From Candidatus Saccharibacteria bacterium oral taxon 488 (GTDB lineage: Bacteria > Patescibacteriota > Saccharimonadia > Saccharimonadales > Saccharimonadaceae): a stretch of 32,000 bases of DNA. How positions within the stretch are numbered: position 1 is the stretch's first letter; each line of letters begins with the position of its first letter. The DNA lies in contig CP047921.1 in the NCBI GenBank assembly GCA_010202845.1, positions 90,001 through 122,000 on the forward strand, written 5' to 3'. Shown piece after piece: positions 25,049 through 32,000 of this stretch. The notes under the pieces were generated by a model. The model had not been told where the DNA came from. It ran no database searches and was given only the letters and a program-made list of their open reading frames with translations. Position numbers and translations under genes: made by a program.

Positions 25049-25582
25049 ATGACAAAGAAAGTCAAATCAACCAAAGCATTTGATGGTCAGCGCGATGGCG
25101 AGGAGCTGTTGTTCGTGTTTCGTCGACATATTATTGCTATGCGCAAGGGTTTTTACTTACTGCTCGTTCCGATGACGATTGGCGCGCTACCATATCTTAT
25201 CTGGCAGGATAATCTCAATCTTTTATGGGTATTTCTTGGTAGCTTTGTTTTTGGACTCGTTCTGTTTGGTTATCATTTTTTGATGTGGTTTTATACGTAT
25301 TACATTGTGACAAATCAGCGACTTCGCCAGATAACGCAGCATGGTTTTTTTGGTAAGGATGTAATTGAACTTAAGCTAGCGAAAGTCCAGAATATCAGCT
25401 ACGTTGTGCCTGGTTTTACGGGCGAAATGTTCAAATTTGGTACAATAGTTATTCAGACGTTTGTTGGTGATCTTGTCATCAAAAACGTTGAACATCCAGA
25501 TAAGATTTATAATAAGCTGCAAGATGCGGTGGATCTCGCCGCTGAAAGGAGTGATCGTGCTAAAGAAAACAACGAAGGGTAA
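25049..25582 (+). CDS. membrane protein with bacterial PH-like (YdbS/YdbT-type) domain
   Basis: The GEELLFVFRRH motif, two TM helices and a beta-rich C-terminal domain. The ATG lies 7 nt after the tRNA-Arg CCA with no SD. Confidence 0.6.
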   Translation: MTKKVKSTKAFDGQRDGEELLFVFRRHIIAMRKGFYLLLVPMTIGALPYLIWQDNLNLLWVFLGSFVFGLVLFGYHFLMWFYTYYIVTNQRLRQITQHGFFGKDVIELKLAKVQNISYVVPGFTGEMFKFGTIVIQTFVGDLVIKNVEHPDKIYNKLQDAVDLAAERSDRAKENNEG

Positions 25583-26585
25583 AAAAAAGGACAAGCGTTC
25601 ACTGCCGTCACGGATTACCAATGACACGGTCGCGGAGCATCGCGAAAAAGTGCTGGCTGGGGGGCGTAAACACAAATATCCGATACAGTACTCCAAGCAT
25701 AAGCTAGTCTGGAACACGATTTTTATTAGCATAGCCGGGCTTGTGACAGTGATTGTTTTATTATATCTTCAGCTCTATGTTTGGAAGGACACAAGCGATT
25801 TAGCATATCGTATTACCAAAATTTTGCCGCTACCGGCCGGTTCAGTTGAAGGGGAATTTGTGCGCTATAGTGATTATTTACTATATAACCGCGGTAATAT
25901 GGCGGTGCTTAAGACTCAGGGTCAAGATCAAGCGGGTGATAAAGTTGCTTTTCAGCGGCAGCGGGCCATGAACCAAGCGGTGCAGGATGCATATGTGCGT
26001 AAGCTAGCGAGAGAAAGGGGTATATCAGTTGATGATCGAAAAGTTGATGAAGAGATGGACCGCCAGCAAAAGGATGCCGGCCTGTCAAAAGAAGCCTACC
26101 GTTCGGCAGTAAAAGATATGATTGGCTGGTCGCTTGATGAGGCGCGTGATGGTATCAGGGCATCGCTGCTGCGCTGGGAAGTATCGTTTGCTGTTGATGA
26201 AGCGGCGGCCAATCTTGTTAAGGAGGTCGAAGCGCAGCTCAAGGCCGGTAAATCGTTGACCGATGTCGCAGCGGCGTTAGGTGAACGAGTACAATTAATG
26301 CCGGAGACGGTTGTTCCGAAGACCAACAAGGATGGTGGCTTGACCGAGGCGGCGATTAGAACCGCAGATGGCACGATCTCTGGGGTTATTAAACCGCTCG
26401 GTGGTGATGGCTACTACTTTGTTCAGCCACGCTCGCGAGACGATAGTTCAGTCACTTATTCATATCTCAAGATTCCACTGACGACGTTCAAAACTAATTT
26501 TGATAAGTTGATCAATGGTAAAAAAGTCACTTACTATGTCCATCTTGACCAGCCGGCTGAACAAAAGTCAAGTGAGCAGAAATAG
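25557..26585 (+). CDS. hypothetical membrane-anchored protein (possible SurA-N/PpiD-like chaperone domain)
   Basis: The ORF is open from 25461. GTG 25557 is preferred because AGGAG lies 5 nt upstream. It has a Lys-rich N-terminus, one TM helix (IFISIAGLVTVIVLLYL) and an alpha-helical periplasmic-type domain. The family call is tentative. Confidence 0.55.
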   Translation: MLKKTTKGKKKDKRSLPSRITNDTVAEHREKVLAGGRKHKYPIQYSKHKLVWNTIFISIAGLVTVIVLLYLQLYVWKDTSDLAYRITKILPLPAGSVEGEFVRYSDYLLYNRGNMAVLKTQGQDQAGDKVAFQRQRAMNQAVQDAYVRKLARERGISVDDRKVDEEMDRQQKDAGLSKEAYRSAVKDMIGWSLDEARDGIRASLLRWEVSFAVDEAAANLVKEVEAQLKAGKSLTDVAAALGERVQLMPETVVPKTNKDGGLTEAAIRTADGTISGVIKPLGGDGYYFVQPRSRDDSSVTYSYLKIPLTTFKTNFDKLINGKKVTYYVHLDQPAEQKSSEQK

Positions 26586-26607
26586 CCTTCTGTTATCCAT
26601 TGTCATC

Positions 26608-26637
26608 TTTGCGAAAGCCTTGCCCATCTGCTATAAT
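26608..26637 (+). promoter_or_regulatory. candidate promoter of tRNA-Thr (TTTGCG-18 nt-TATAAT)
   Basis: Perfect -10 at 26632-26637, 14 nt before the mature tRNA 5' end. Confidence 0.4.
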
Positions 26638-26651
26638 CCTTGGGGAGGTAT

Positions 26652-26727
26652 GCCGCTGTAGCTCAGTTGGTAGAGCGGCGCTTTCGTAAAGCGTAGGTCA
26701 CCGGTTCGAATCCGGTCAGCGGCTCCA
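26652..26727 (+). tRNA. tRNA-Thr (anticodon CGU), discriminator U73, CCA encoded
   Basis: Hand-folded cloverleaf. Acceptor GCCGCTG/CAGCGGC, anticodon arm GCGCT-TTCGTAA-AGCGT, T arm ACCGG-TTCGAAT-CCGGT. Confidence 0.93.
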
Positions 26728-26734
26728 GAGTAGT

Positions 26735-27112
26735 ATGAAGAAGCATATCACAAGCACATTACGACAGATGATGAAAGATCGCTGGCTGTTTGGTCTCGTT
26801 GTTGCTAATGTCTTGCTGGCGTTAGTAATCATTATCTCCTTTGCTATTACTATTAAGCCCAAAGAAACTCAGGTCATTGTTCAGCACAGTGCGTTTAGTG
26901 TGACGGGGCTATACCGTGGTCACTGGTATTCGCTCTGGGCGTACGGCGTGCTGCAGCTTATGATTACGGTTGGGCACATTATGTTGAGTGCCAAGCTTGC
27001 TGCGGCCCAGCGTCGTGATTTAGCATTGGCGTTCCTTTGGTTCACAATTGCTATATCAGTTATGCTAGCACTGTTCGCCTACTCAATAATCGTAATTGCG
27101 TCGGTGGTGTAG
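26735..27112 (+). CDS. hypothetical polytopic membrane protein (125 aa)
   Basis: Three or four predicted TM helices. The ATG lies 7 nt after the tRNA-Thr CCA. The stop is 4 nt before the GT2 synthase start. Confidence 0.55.
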   Translation: MKKHITSTLRQMMKDRWLFGLVVANVLLALVIIISFAITIKPKETQVIVQHSAFSVTGLYRGHWYSLWAYGVLQLMITVGHIMLSAKLAAAQRRDLALAFLWFTIAISVMLALFAYSIIVIASVV

Positions 27113-27116
27113 GGTT

Positions 27117-28799
27117 ATGGATATAGAGATACCACTTGGTAAACGAAAGCCATTCTATCGATTCTTGGAGGTCCTGCCGGGTCTGTTGAGCTATGGCGCA
27201 GTTATTCTTCTTATCGTGTTGTCGATATTTAGCCCGCTGATCGCGTCGCTCTATCTGCTCATCATTATTCTGTCGATGATGGTGCGCGTTGTCGGTATCA
27301 CGTATCATATGGTTGCTGGCCGCGCCAAAATGGATAAAGCGAGTCTGATTGATTGGCATGCGCGTCTTGAGGATCTTGAAGATGCACAGGCGGTATATGC
27401 ACGTATTCGCGACCAACGACATAAGGAGGTTGGTTTTGCGCAGCATAAAGAAAACGTACGCCTCATCGCTTCCGCGCAGCCAGGGTTTTTCCCGAAGCCG
27501 TCAGAAATTTATAACGCGGTTATCATGCCCGCCTATAATGAGAGTATTGAGGTAATTGAACCAGCTATTCAATCGGTGATTGCCACTACGTACGACAAAA
27601 AACATATGATTATGGTGTTTGCGTATGAGGAGCGGGGCGGTAAGGATATTGACACAACTGCCAAGACACTACAAAAACGCTATGGCAAGTATTTTCACGC
27701 CTTTCACATTGTCAAGCATCCAAAAGACATTCCGAATGAGGTGATCGGCAAGGGTGGCAATATTACGCATGCCGGGCGCTGGCTGAGGGGGTGGATCAAG
27801 GAGCAGCATATTCCGTATAGTAACGTTATTGTTACGACGATGGATTGTGACAACAAGCCACATGAAACCTACTTTGACTACCTGACATACGAATATATCG
27901 TCCGCGAGGACCGTAAGCACTACTCGTATCAACCAGTGTGTCTATTCACTAGTAACATCTGGGACGTACCGGCGCCGATGCGTGTGGTCGCGACGGGTAA
28001 CTCATTTTGGAATATCATTAGCTCAATGCGCCCCCATTCGCTACGTAATTTTGCTTCACATGCTCAGCCGATGGATGCGCTCGTTGAGATGGACTTCTGG
28101 AGTGTTCGAACGATCGTCGAAGATGGTCACCAATATTGGCGCAGTTATTTCTATTTTGGTGGTAACTACGGGGTCGTGCCGCTCCATGTACCGATTTATC
28201 AAGACGCGGTATTGTCAGCCACGTATATGAAAACGCTCAAAGCGCAGTTTATTCAGCTTCGTCGCTGGGCGTATGGAGCATCTGATGTCGCGTATGTTGG
28301 CGAACGGGTCTTTACCAAGCAGCGTAATGTACCATTTTGGGCTGGCTTTTCGCGATTTGTCAGGTTGCTTGATGGACACGTGACGTTAGCCTGCGTTTCA
28401 ATTCTGATCGCTTTTGGTGGCTGGGTACCACTTATCATTAATGCCGAGGCCGCCCGTAGTGTCGCCGCGCATCAATTGCCTGATACGGTGAGCACGCTGC
28501 AGCAAATTGCGCTAATTGGTATGGCGATAGCGATTTTTAGTGCCTTCAAGCTTTTACCGTCACGTCCAATTCGCTACACGCGCCGCCGGAATATCTGGAT
28601 GCTCTTGCAGTGGGTGCTGATGCCAGTGACGGCCATTGTCTATAGCTCCGCCGCAGCATTCACTGCACAGACCCGTCTGTTAGTTGGGCGGTATCTTGAT
28701 AAGTTTGACGTCACCGAAAAAGCCACAGCGGCGATTAATGCTCGCCAGAAGGCGACTGCACGTAAACGGTCGAAGGCCTCCCGCGTCGCCGAGAAGTGA
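27117..28799 (+). CDS. membrane-embedded family-2 glycosyltransferase with processive-synthase signature
   Basis: N-terminal TM pair and GT2 motifs PAYNES, TTMDCDN (DxD) and VEDGHQYW (ED). QLRRWAYG is the Q(Q/R)xRW motif of cellulose/chitin/hyaluronan-type synthases. C-terminal TM helices follow. Confidence 0.8.
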   Translation: MDIEIPLGKRKPFYRFLEVLPGLLSYGAVILLIVLSIFSPLIASLYLLIIILSMMVRVVGITYHMVAGRAKMDKASLIDWHARLEDLEDAQAVYARIRDQRHKEVGFAQHKENVRLIASAQPGFFPKPSEIYNAVIMPAYNESIEVIEPAIQSVIATTYDKKHMIMVFAYEERGGKDIDTTAKTLQKRYGKYFHAFHIVKHPKDIPNEVIGKGGNITHAGRWLRGWIKEQHIPYSNVIVTTMDCDNKPHETYFDYLTYEYIVREDRKHYSYQPVCLFTSNIWDVPAPMRVVATGNSFWNIISSMRPHSLRNFASHAQPMDALVEMDFWSVRTIVEDGHQYWRSYFYFGGNYGVVPLHVPIYQDAVLSATYMKTLKAQFIQLRRWAYGASDVAYVGERVFTKQRNVPFWAGFSRFVRLLDGHVTLACVSILIAFGGWVPLIINAEAARSVAAHQLPDTVSTLQQIALIGMAIAIFSAFKLLPSRPIRYTRRRNIWMLLQWVLMPVTAIVYSSAAAFTAQTRLLVGRYLDKFDVTEKATAAINARQKATARKRSKASRVAEK

Positions 28800-29199
28800 T
28801 GAGTCGGTGCTGGGCAGCGTACTGGAGTGCTGCTACTGGGTCGTAACGTTGGAGAATCATGTGTGTTATTTGAGCGATGATTTGTGTAGATAGCGGCTTA
28901 CCTTGCTTGATAATCTGTTCCTGCGCAGTTTGTGCAAGGAAGTAGCTATCATGTGCTGCAGTATGCTTATTATGCTGAAAGCTACGGCTAATGCTTATGA
29001 TGAGCTTTCCTAAATTGAAAGGGGTGGTTGACCCGTCGTGTGTTAGCACCATGCGCCCGTCTAGCGTAGCCCGTTCGTATGTCGTAAAGACTGCGCCACA
29101 TTCTGGACAGGACCGTCGCCGCCAGACGCTGGGGTGTTTCGTGTGCTTGCGGGAGTTTTTGGTAGTAGTTTTATCGTGAAAACAATTTATACAAATCAT
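28735..29199 (-). CDS. nrdR: transcriptional repressor NrdR (zinc ribbon plus ATP-cone)
   Basis: MICINCFHDKTTTKNSR...RRRSCPECGAVFTTYE is the zinc-ribbon motif, followed by an ATP-cone-like domain. The 3' end overlaps the convergent GT2 gene by 65 nt. Confidence 0.88.
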   Translation of the reverse strand: MICINCFHDKTTTKNSRKHTKHPSVWRRRSCPECGAVFTTYERATLDGRMVLTHDGSTTPFNLGKLIISISRSFQHNKHTAAHDSYFLAQTAQEQIIKQGKPLSTQIIAQITHMILQRYDPVAALQYAAQHRLITSRRRGRPSTVYVQSPSGEH

Positions 29200-29200
29200 A

Positions 29201-29212
29201 TCAATATATTGA
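29201..29212. promoter_or_regulatory. perfect 12-bp palindrome TCAATATATTGA abutting the nrdR start codon
   Basis: Read directly from the sequence. Its central 10 nt, CAATATATTG, fit the core CwAtATaTwG of the NrdR-box consensus, but the outer arms do not match. Confidence 0.35.
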
Positions 29213-29263
29213 CATATCGCTATAAAAAATACTAGTGGAAAAGTATATGAAAATGTGTAAAAT

Positions 29264-29298
29264 AGAAAAAACTAAAAACCCTCCGTACTGCGAGGGTT
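29264..29298 (-). terminator. rho-independent terminator downstream of tRNA-Val (minus strand)
   Basis: On the minus strand, aaccctc/gagggtt forms a 7-bp stem (29277-29283 / 29292-29298) with an 8-nt loop, followed by TTTTTAGTTTTTT. Confidence 0.7.
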
Positions 29299-29309
29299 GT
29301 ATGCAATAA

Positions 29310-29386
29310 TGGTGGGCAATAGAGGATTCGAACCTCTCACCTCTTCAACGTCAATGAAGCGCTCTAGCCAAATGAGCTAATCGCCC
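29310..29386 (-). tRNA. tRNA-Val (anticodon GAC), CCA encoded
   Basis: The reverse complement folds as GGGCGAT-TA-GCTC-ATTTGGCTA-GAGC-G-CTTCA-TTGACGT-TGAAG-AGGTG-AGAGG-TTCGAAT-CCTCT-ATTGCCC-A-CCA. Confidence 0.92.
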
Positions 29387-29430
29387 GACTATCATCAATA
29401 ATAGCAGGAATTAGTGGTGAATGCAATTAC

Positions 29431-29705
29431 CTCTTGCGGAGAGTGTAGGGGTTGGCCGTCACGTCGTTTCTTGGTGTAGTATTACGAATCCGCTACCTAG
29501 TCTATGCGTCGTAAGGGTTGCCCGGAACTTTTAACTATGCTACGGTGAGAGTAGCGAAGACAGAGACTAACCACCTCTCGAGCAACGTGAAAGCGGTTGC
29601 GGCGCACGAAACCAGCCGGAGCAAGAGTCATCGCCAAGGTGGAACCTCCTGGCTCGTCCCCAGGACCGAGGCACGCACGCTATATGCGTTGGGCGTGCTT
29701 TTATA
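29431..29705 (+). promoter_or_regulatory. T-box-like leader (Thr, ACC specifier) with antiterminator/terminator switch upstream of thrS
   Basis: A GAGAG (29439-29443) / CTCTC (29575-29579) helix closes a loop carrying ACC-A (29570-29573), followed by GAGCA. T-box core AAGGUGGAACC has the 7-nt UGGAACC bulge (29640-29646). The A2 helix is tcctgg/ccagga (29647-29665). A terminator sits at 29671-29704 (gcacgcacgc ... gcgt-tgg-gcgtgc plus TTTTAT). Confidence 0.65.
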
Positions 29706-29725
29706 ATTACTTAAAAGGAGGTTTT

Positions 29726-31537
29726 ATGAGCGAAGATAAACTCTATGCAATGCGACACAGCTTGGCGCATATTATGGCGGCGGCTGTGCAGCGGGTATGG
29801 CCAGACGCCAAATTCGGAGTCGGTCCGGTCGTTGAGCATGGGTTTTACTACGATATTGATCTTGGTGAAACGAAGATCAGTGAGCAGCAGTTCAATAAAA
29901 TTGAAAAGGTAATGCGACGAATCATTGCCGAAAAGCAAGATTTTGTGTGCACAAAATGCCCAATTGATGAAGCAATTCAATGGGCCAAAGATAGCCATCA
30001 GCCGTATAAAGAAGAACTTCTTAATGATCTAAAACGTGCCGGGACAACGGTAGCAAAAGATCTGGACGCTGCAGAAATGGGTACAATTGCTGAAGGTGAT
30101 AGTGCGCTTGATGAAGTTTCGTTTTATACCAACGGATCATTTAAGGATTTGTGTCGTGGACCACATGTTGCAAATACCAGTGAGGTTGGCGCGTTTAAGC
30201 TGATGCGGATTGCGGGCGCCTATTGGCGTGGTAATGAAAAAAACCCCCAGGTGCAACGGCTGTACGGTGTGGCTTTTGCCACGCAGGAAGAGCTGGATGA
30301 ATATTTGGAGAAATTAGAGCTAGCCAAACAACGTGATCACCGAAAGCTAGGCAGAGAACTTGATCTATATACAACCTCACCGTTAGTGGGTGTAGGCCTG
30401 CCGTTATTTACACCTCGTGGAACTGTTCTGCGTGATATCGTGGCCCAATACTCAAACCAACTGCGTCAGAGGTTTGGTTTTGAAAAAGTCTGGACGCCGC
30501 ATATTACCAAAAAGGATCTGTATGAAACGTCGGGCCACTGGGCCAAATTTGGCGAAGAGCTGTTTTTGGTTAAAAGTCAGGAAACCAGTGATGAAATGGC
30601 GTTAAAGCCGATGAACTGCCCGCACCATACGCAGATTTTTGCTTCACAACCTCGTAGCTACCGCGATATGCCGGTGCGCTACTTGGAGACGACCACTGAT
30701 TATCGTGACGAGAAAACCGGTGAGCTTGGTGGTCTGAATCGCGTGCGCTCATTAACCCAGGACGATAGTCATGTTTTTTGTCGTCCAGATCAAATTGAGC
30801 AAGAGATCAATAATTTATTGTCTGCCGCCCAGGAACTGTACAATACTATTGATATGAAATTGCGAATTCGACTGAGTTATCGTGATGATTCTGATGCATA
30901 TTTGGGCGAACGTGAACTGTGGACTTCCGCACAAAATCAGTTGAAGTCAGCAGTTGAAAAAGTTGGTTTGGACTATTTTGAACAGGAAGGTGAGGCTGCC
31001 TTTTATGGTCCAAAGATTGACTTTATGGCGACTGACGCTATTGGCCGTGAGCACCAAGTTGCGACGGTGCAACTGGACTTCGTGCAGCCGCAACGGTTCG
31101 GCTTAGAGTATACCGAGAGTGATGGTAATTTTACAACACCTGTGATGATTCACTGTGCGCTGCTCGGGTCGATTGAACGATTCTTGAGTGTCTTCATTGA
31201 ACACACGGGTGGCTGGTTCCCGTTTTGGGCGGCACCGGAACAAGTACGTATTCTAACGATTAATGACACTGTCTCAAACTACGTTGATGAAATTACATCG
31301 ATTTTATCAGAGGTGACCTTAATGAAACCGATAAAATACAACGATGTAAGATTTACAATAGATAGTCGTAATGAATCCCTCGGGAAAAAGATTCGTGAGG
31401 CGACTGTTGTAAAAATACCAATACAGATTATTGTTGGGCCAAAGGATCAGATAGCACGTGTCGTAAGCATCAGGACGCATGCGGGTGAAGAGCAAATTCC
31501 GCTTGAACAGCTAGCTGAGTATGTACGGGGACTGTAA
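29726..31537 (+). CDS. thrS: threonyl-tRNA synthetase (short form without the N-terminal TGS domain)
   Basis: AAAGGAGG lies 4 nt upstream of ATG 29726. Editing-domain motifs RHSLAHIM and CRGPH, class II motifs (YRDEKTGELGGLNRVRSLTQDDSHVF), and a C-terminal anticodon-binding domain. The track ORF start at 29597 runs through the leader RNA. Confidence 0.93.
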   Translation: MSEDKLYAMRHSLAHIMAAAVQRVWPDAKFGVGPVVEHGFYYDIDLGETKISEQQFNKIEKVMRRIIAEKQDFVCTKCPIDEAIQWAKDSHQPYKEELLNDLKRAGTTVAKDLDAAEMGTIAEGDSALDEVSFYTNGSFKDLCRGPHVANTSEVGAFKLMRIAGAYWRGNEKNPQVQRLYGVAFATQEELDEYLEKLELAKQRDHRKLGRELDLYTTSPLVGVGLPLFTPRGTVLRDIVAQYSNQLRQRFGFEKVWTPHITKKDLYETSGHWAKFGEELFLVKSQETSDEMALKPMNCPHHTQIFASQPRSYRDMPVRYLETTTDYRDEKTGELGGLNRVRSLTQDDSHVFCRPDQIEQEINNLLSAAQELYNTIDMKLRIRLSYRDDSDAYLGERELWTSAQNQLKSAVEKVGLDYFEQEGEAAFYGPKIDFMATDAIGREHQVATVQLDFVQPQRFGLEYTESDGNFTTPVMIHCALLGSIERFLSVFIEHTGGWFPFWAAPEQVRILTINDTVSNYVDEITSILSEVTLMKPIKYNDVRFTIDSRNESLGKKIREATVVKIPIQIIVGPKDQIARVVSIRTHAGEEQIPLEQLAEYVRGL

Positions 31538-31541
31538 TCTT

Positions 31542-32000
31542 GTGCGTAGGCTAAGAATTGCAATTGATATCGACGATGTTCTAGCAGAAAATACAATCGG
31601 GTTTGTGGCGTTTAGCAATGAACGGTGGGGCACACGATTGAGTGTTGATGACTATAGCGAACATTGGTCAGAGATGTGGCATGTTGACAGCGAGGAGGCA
31701 GAACGGCGTGCTCATGTCTTTCACGACTCTGGTGCGATAAAGGGATATGCTCATATAGGGGGGGCGGAGGAGGCGCTTAGAAACATGTCGCAGGTGCATC
31801 ATCTCATGGTGGCTACTTCGCGTCGCTTGCAGGTGCAAAGCGATACACTGCTTTGGATCGAGGAGCATTTTCCAGGGATTTTCGCCAGTTCTGCGGTCTA
31901 CTTCTCTGGCCTATGGGATACAGTGCACGAGGGCTCTCATAAACTGACAAAAACAGAGTTAATCACGCAAATTAATGCCGATGTTTTAATTGATGATCAG
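31542..32000 (+). CDS. HAD-superfamily 5'(3')-deoxyribonucleotidase-like protein (3'-truncated by window edge)
   Basis: Not in the ORF track because no stop is reached. I translated it by hand from GTG 31542: VRRLRIAIDIDDVLAENT... has the DxDxV/T HAD motif I, and the frame stays open to 32000, ending ...ADVLIDDQ (motif IV). Confidence 0.7.
   Translation, partial: MRRLRIAIDIDDVLAENTIGFVAFSNERWGTRLSVDDYSEHWSEMWHVDSEEAERRAHVFHDSGAIKGYAHIGGAEEALRNMSQVHHLMVATSRRLQVQSDTLLWIEEHFPGIFASSAVYFSGLWDTVHEGSHKLTKTELITQINADVLIDDQ

Noticed and set aside
29518-29725. 62-aa ORF (29518-29706) and the N-terminal extension of the thrS ORF from 29597.
   Set aside because: The region folds as a T-box-like leader with a terminator. 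A strong SD (AAAGGAGG) precedes ATG 29726, and the protein aligns with ThrRS only from that Met.
1-32000. Scan for CRISPR arrays, rRNA, IS elements or transposase genes, and toxin-antitoxin or other defence cassettes.
   Set aside because: I saw no regularly spaced repeats, no transposase or integrase other than the Xer-type recombinase, and no small paired ORFs with toxin-antitoxin features. This is absence by eye only, not a computed result.

Overview
This is a compact, gene-dense bacterial window that uses the standard genetic code (TGA, TAA and TAG all act as stops). Convergent genes nearly touch or overlap: the gaps are 1 nt at 2569, 17 nt at 6606-6622 and 12 nt at 23364-23375, with a 65-nt overlap at 28735-28799. 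Housekeeping genes flank a large cell-surface block. They are ftsK (5'-truncated), pheA-like, rpsF-ssb-rpsR, efp, tlyA, ychF, a xer recombinase, ndk, nrdR, thrS and a 3'-truncated HAD nucleotidase. There are also three tRNAs: Arg-CCU, Thr-CGU and Val-GAC. The centrepiece is a secretin-less, monoderm-style type IV pilus (T4P) locus at 11.9-23.4 kb. Its order is pilM-pilN-pilO-like, a small TM protein, pilB, pilT, pilC, major pilin, terminator, pilD, then four minor or pseudopilin genes. Directly upstream at 7.8-11.9 kb are three co-oriented genes with no family I can recognise: a 164-aa membrane protein, a 559-aa Cys-containing secreted protein, and a 669-aa membrane-anchored protein with a jelly-roll (galactose-binding-like) segment. 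I consider this trio plus the pilus locus the best candidate for an undescribed surface or host-interaction system. Other observations:
- Two genes start exactly 7 nt after a tRNA 3' CCA.
- Several good promoters sit 7-10 nt from the ATG, implying leaderless mRNAs.
- A T-box-like Thr leader with an intrinsic terminator precedes thrS.
- A 340-bp non-coding tract carries direct and inverted repeats.
- EF-P has Arg at position 32.
- A membrane GT2 synthase carries the processive QxxRW signature.

The overall style (tiny intergenic gaps, T4P without a secretin, little biosynthesis) fits a reduced-genome monoderm lineage such as Patescibacteria/Saccharibacteria. That placement is inference from gene content only. 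No CRISPR array, rRNA or obvious mobile element was seen.
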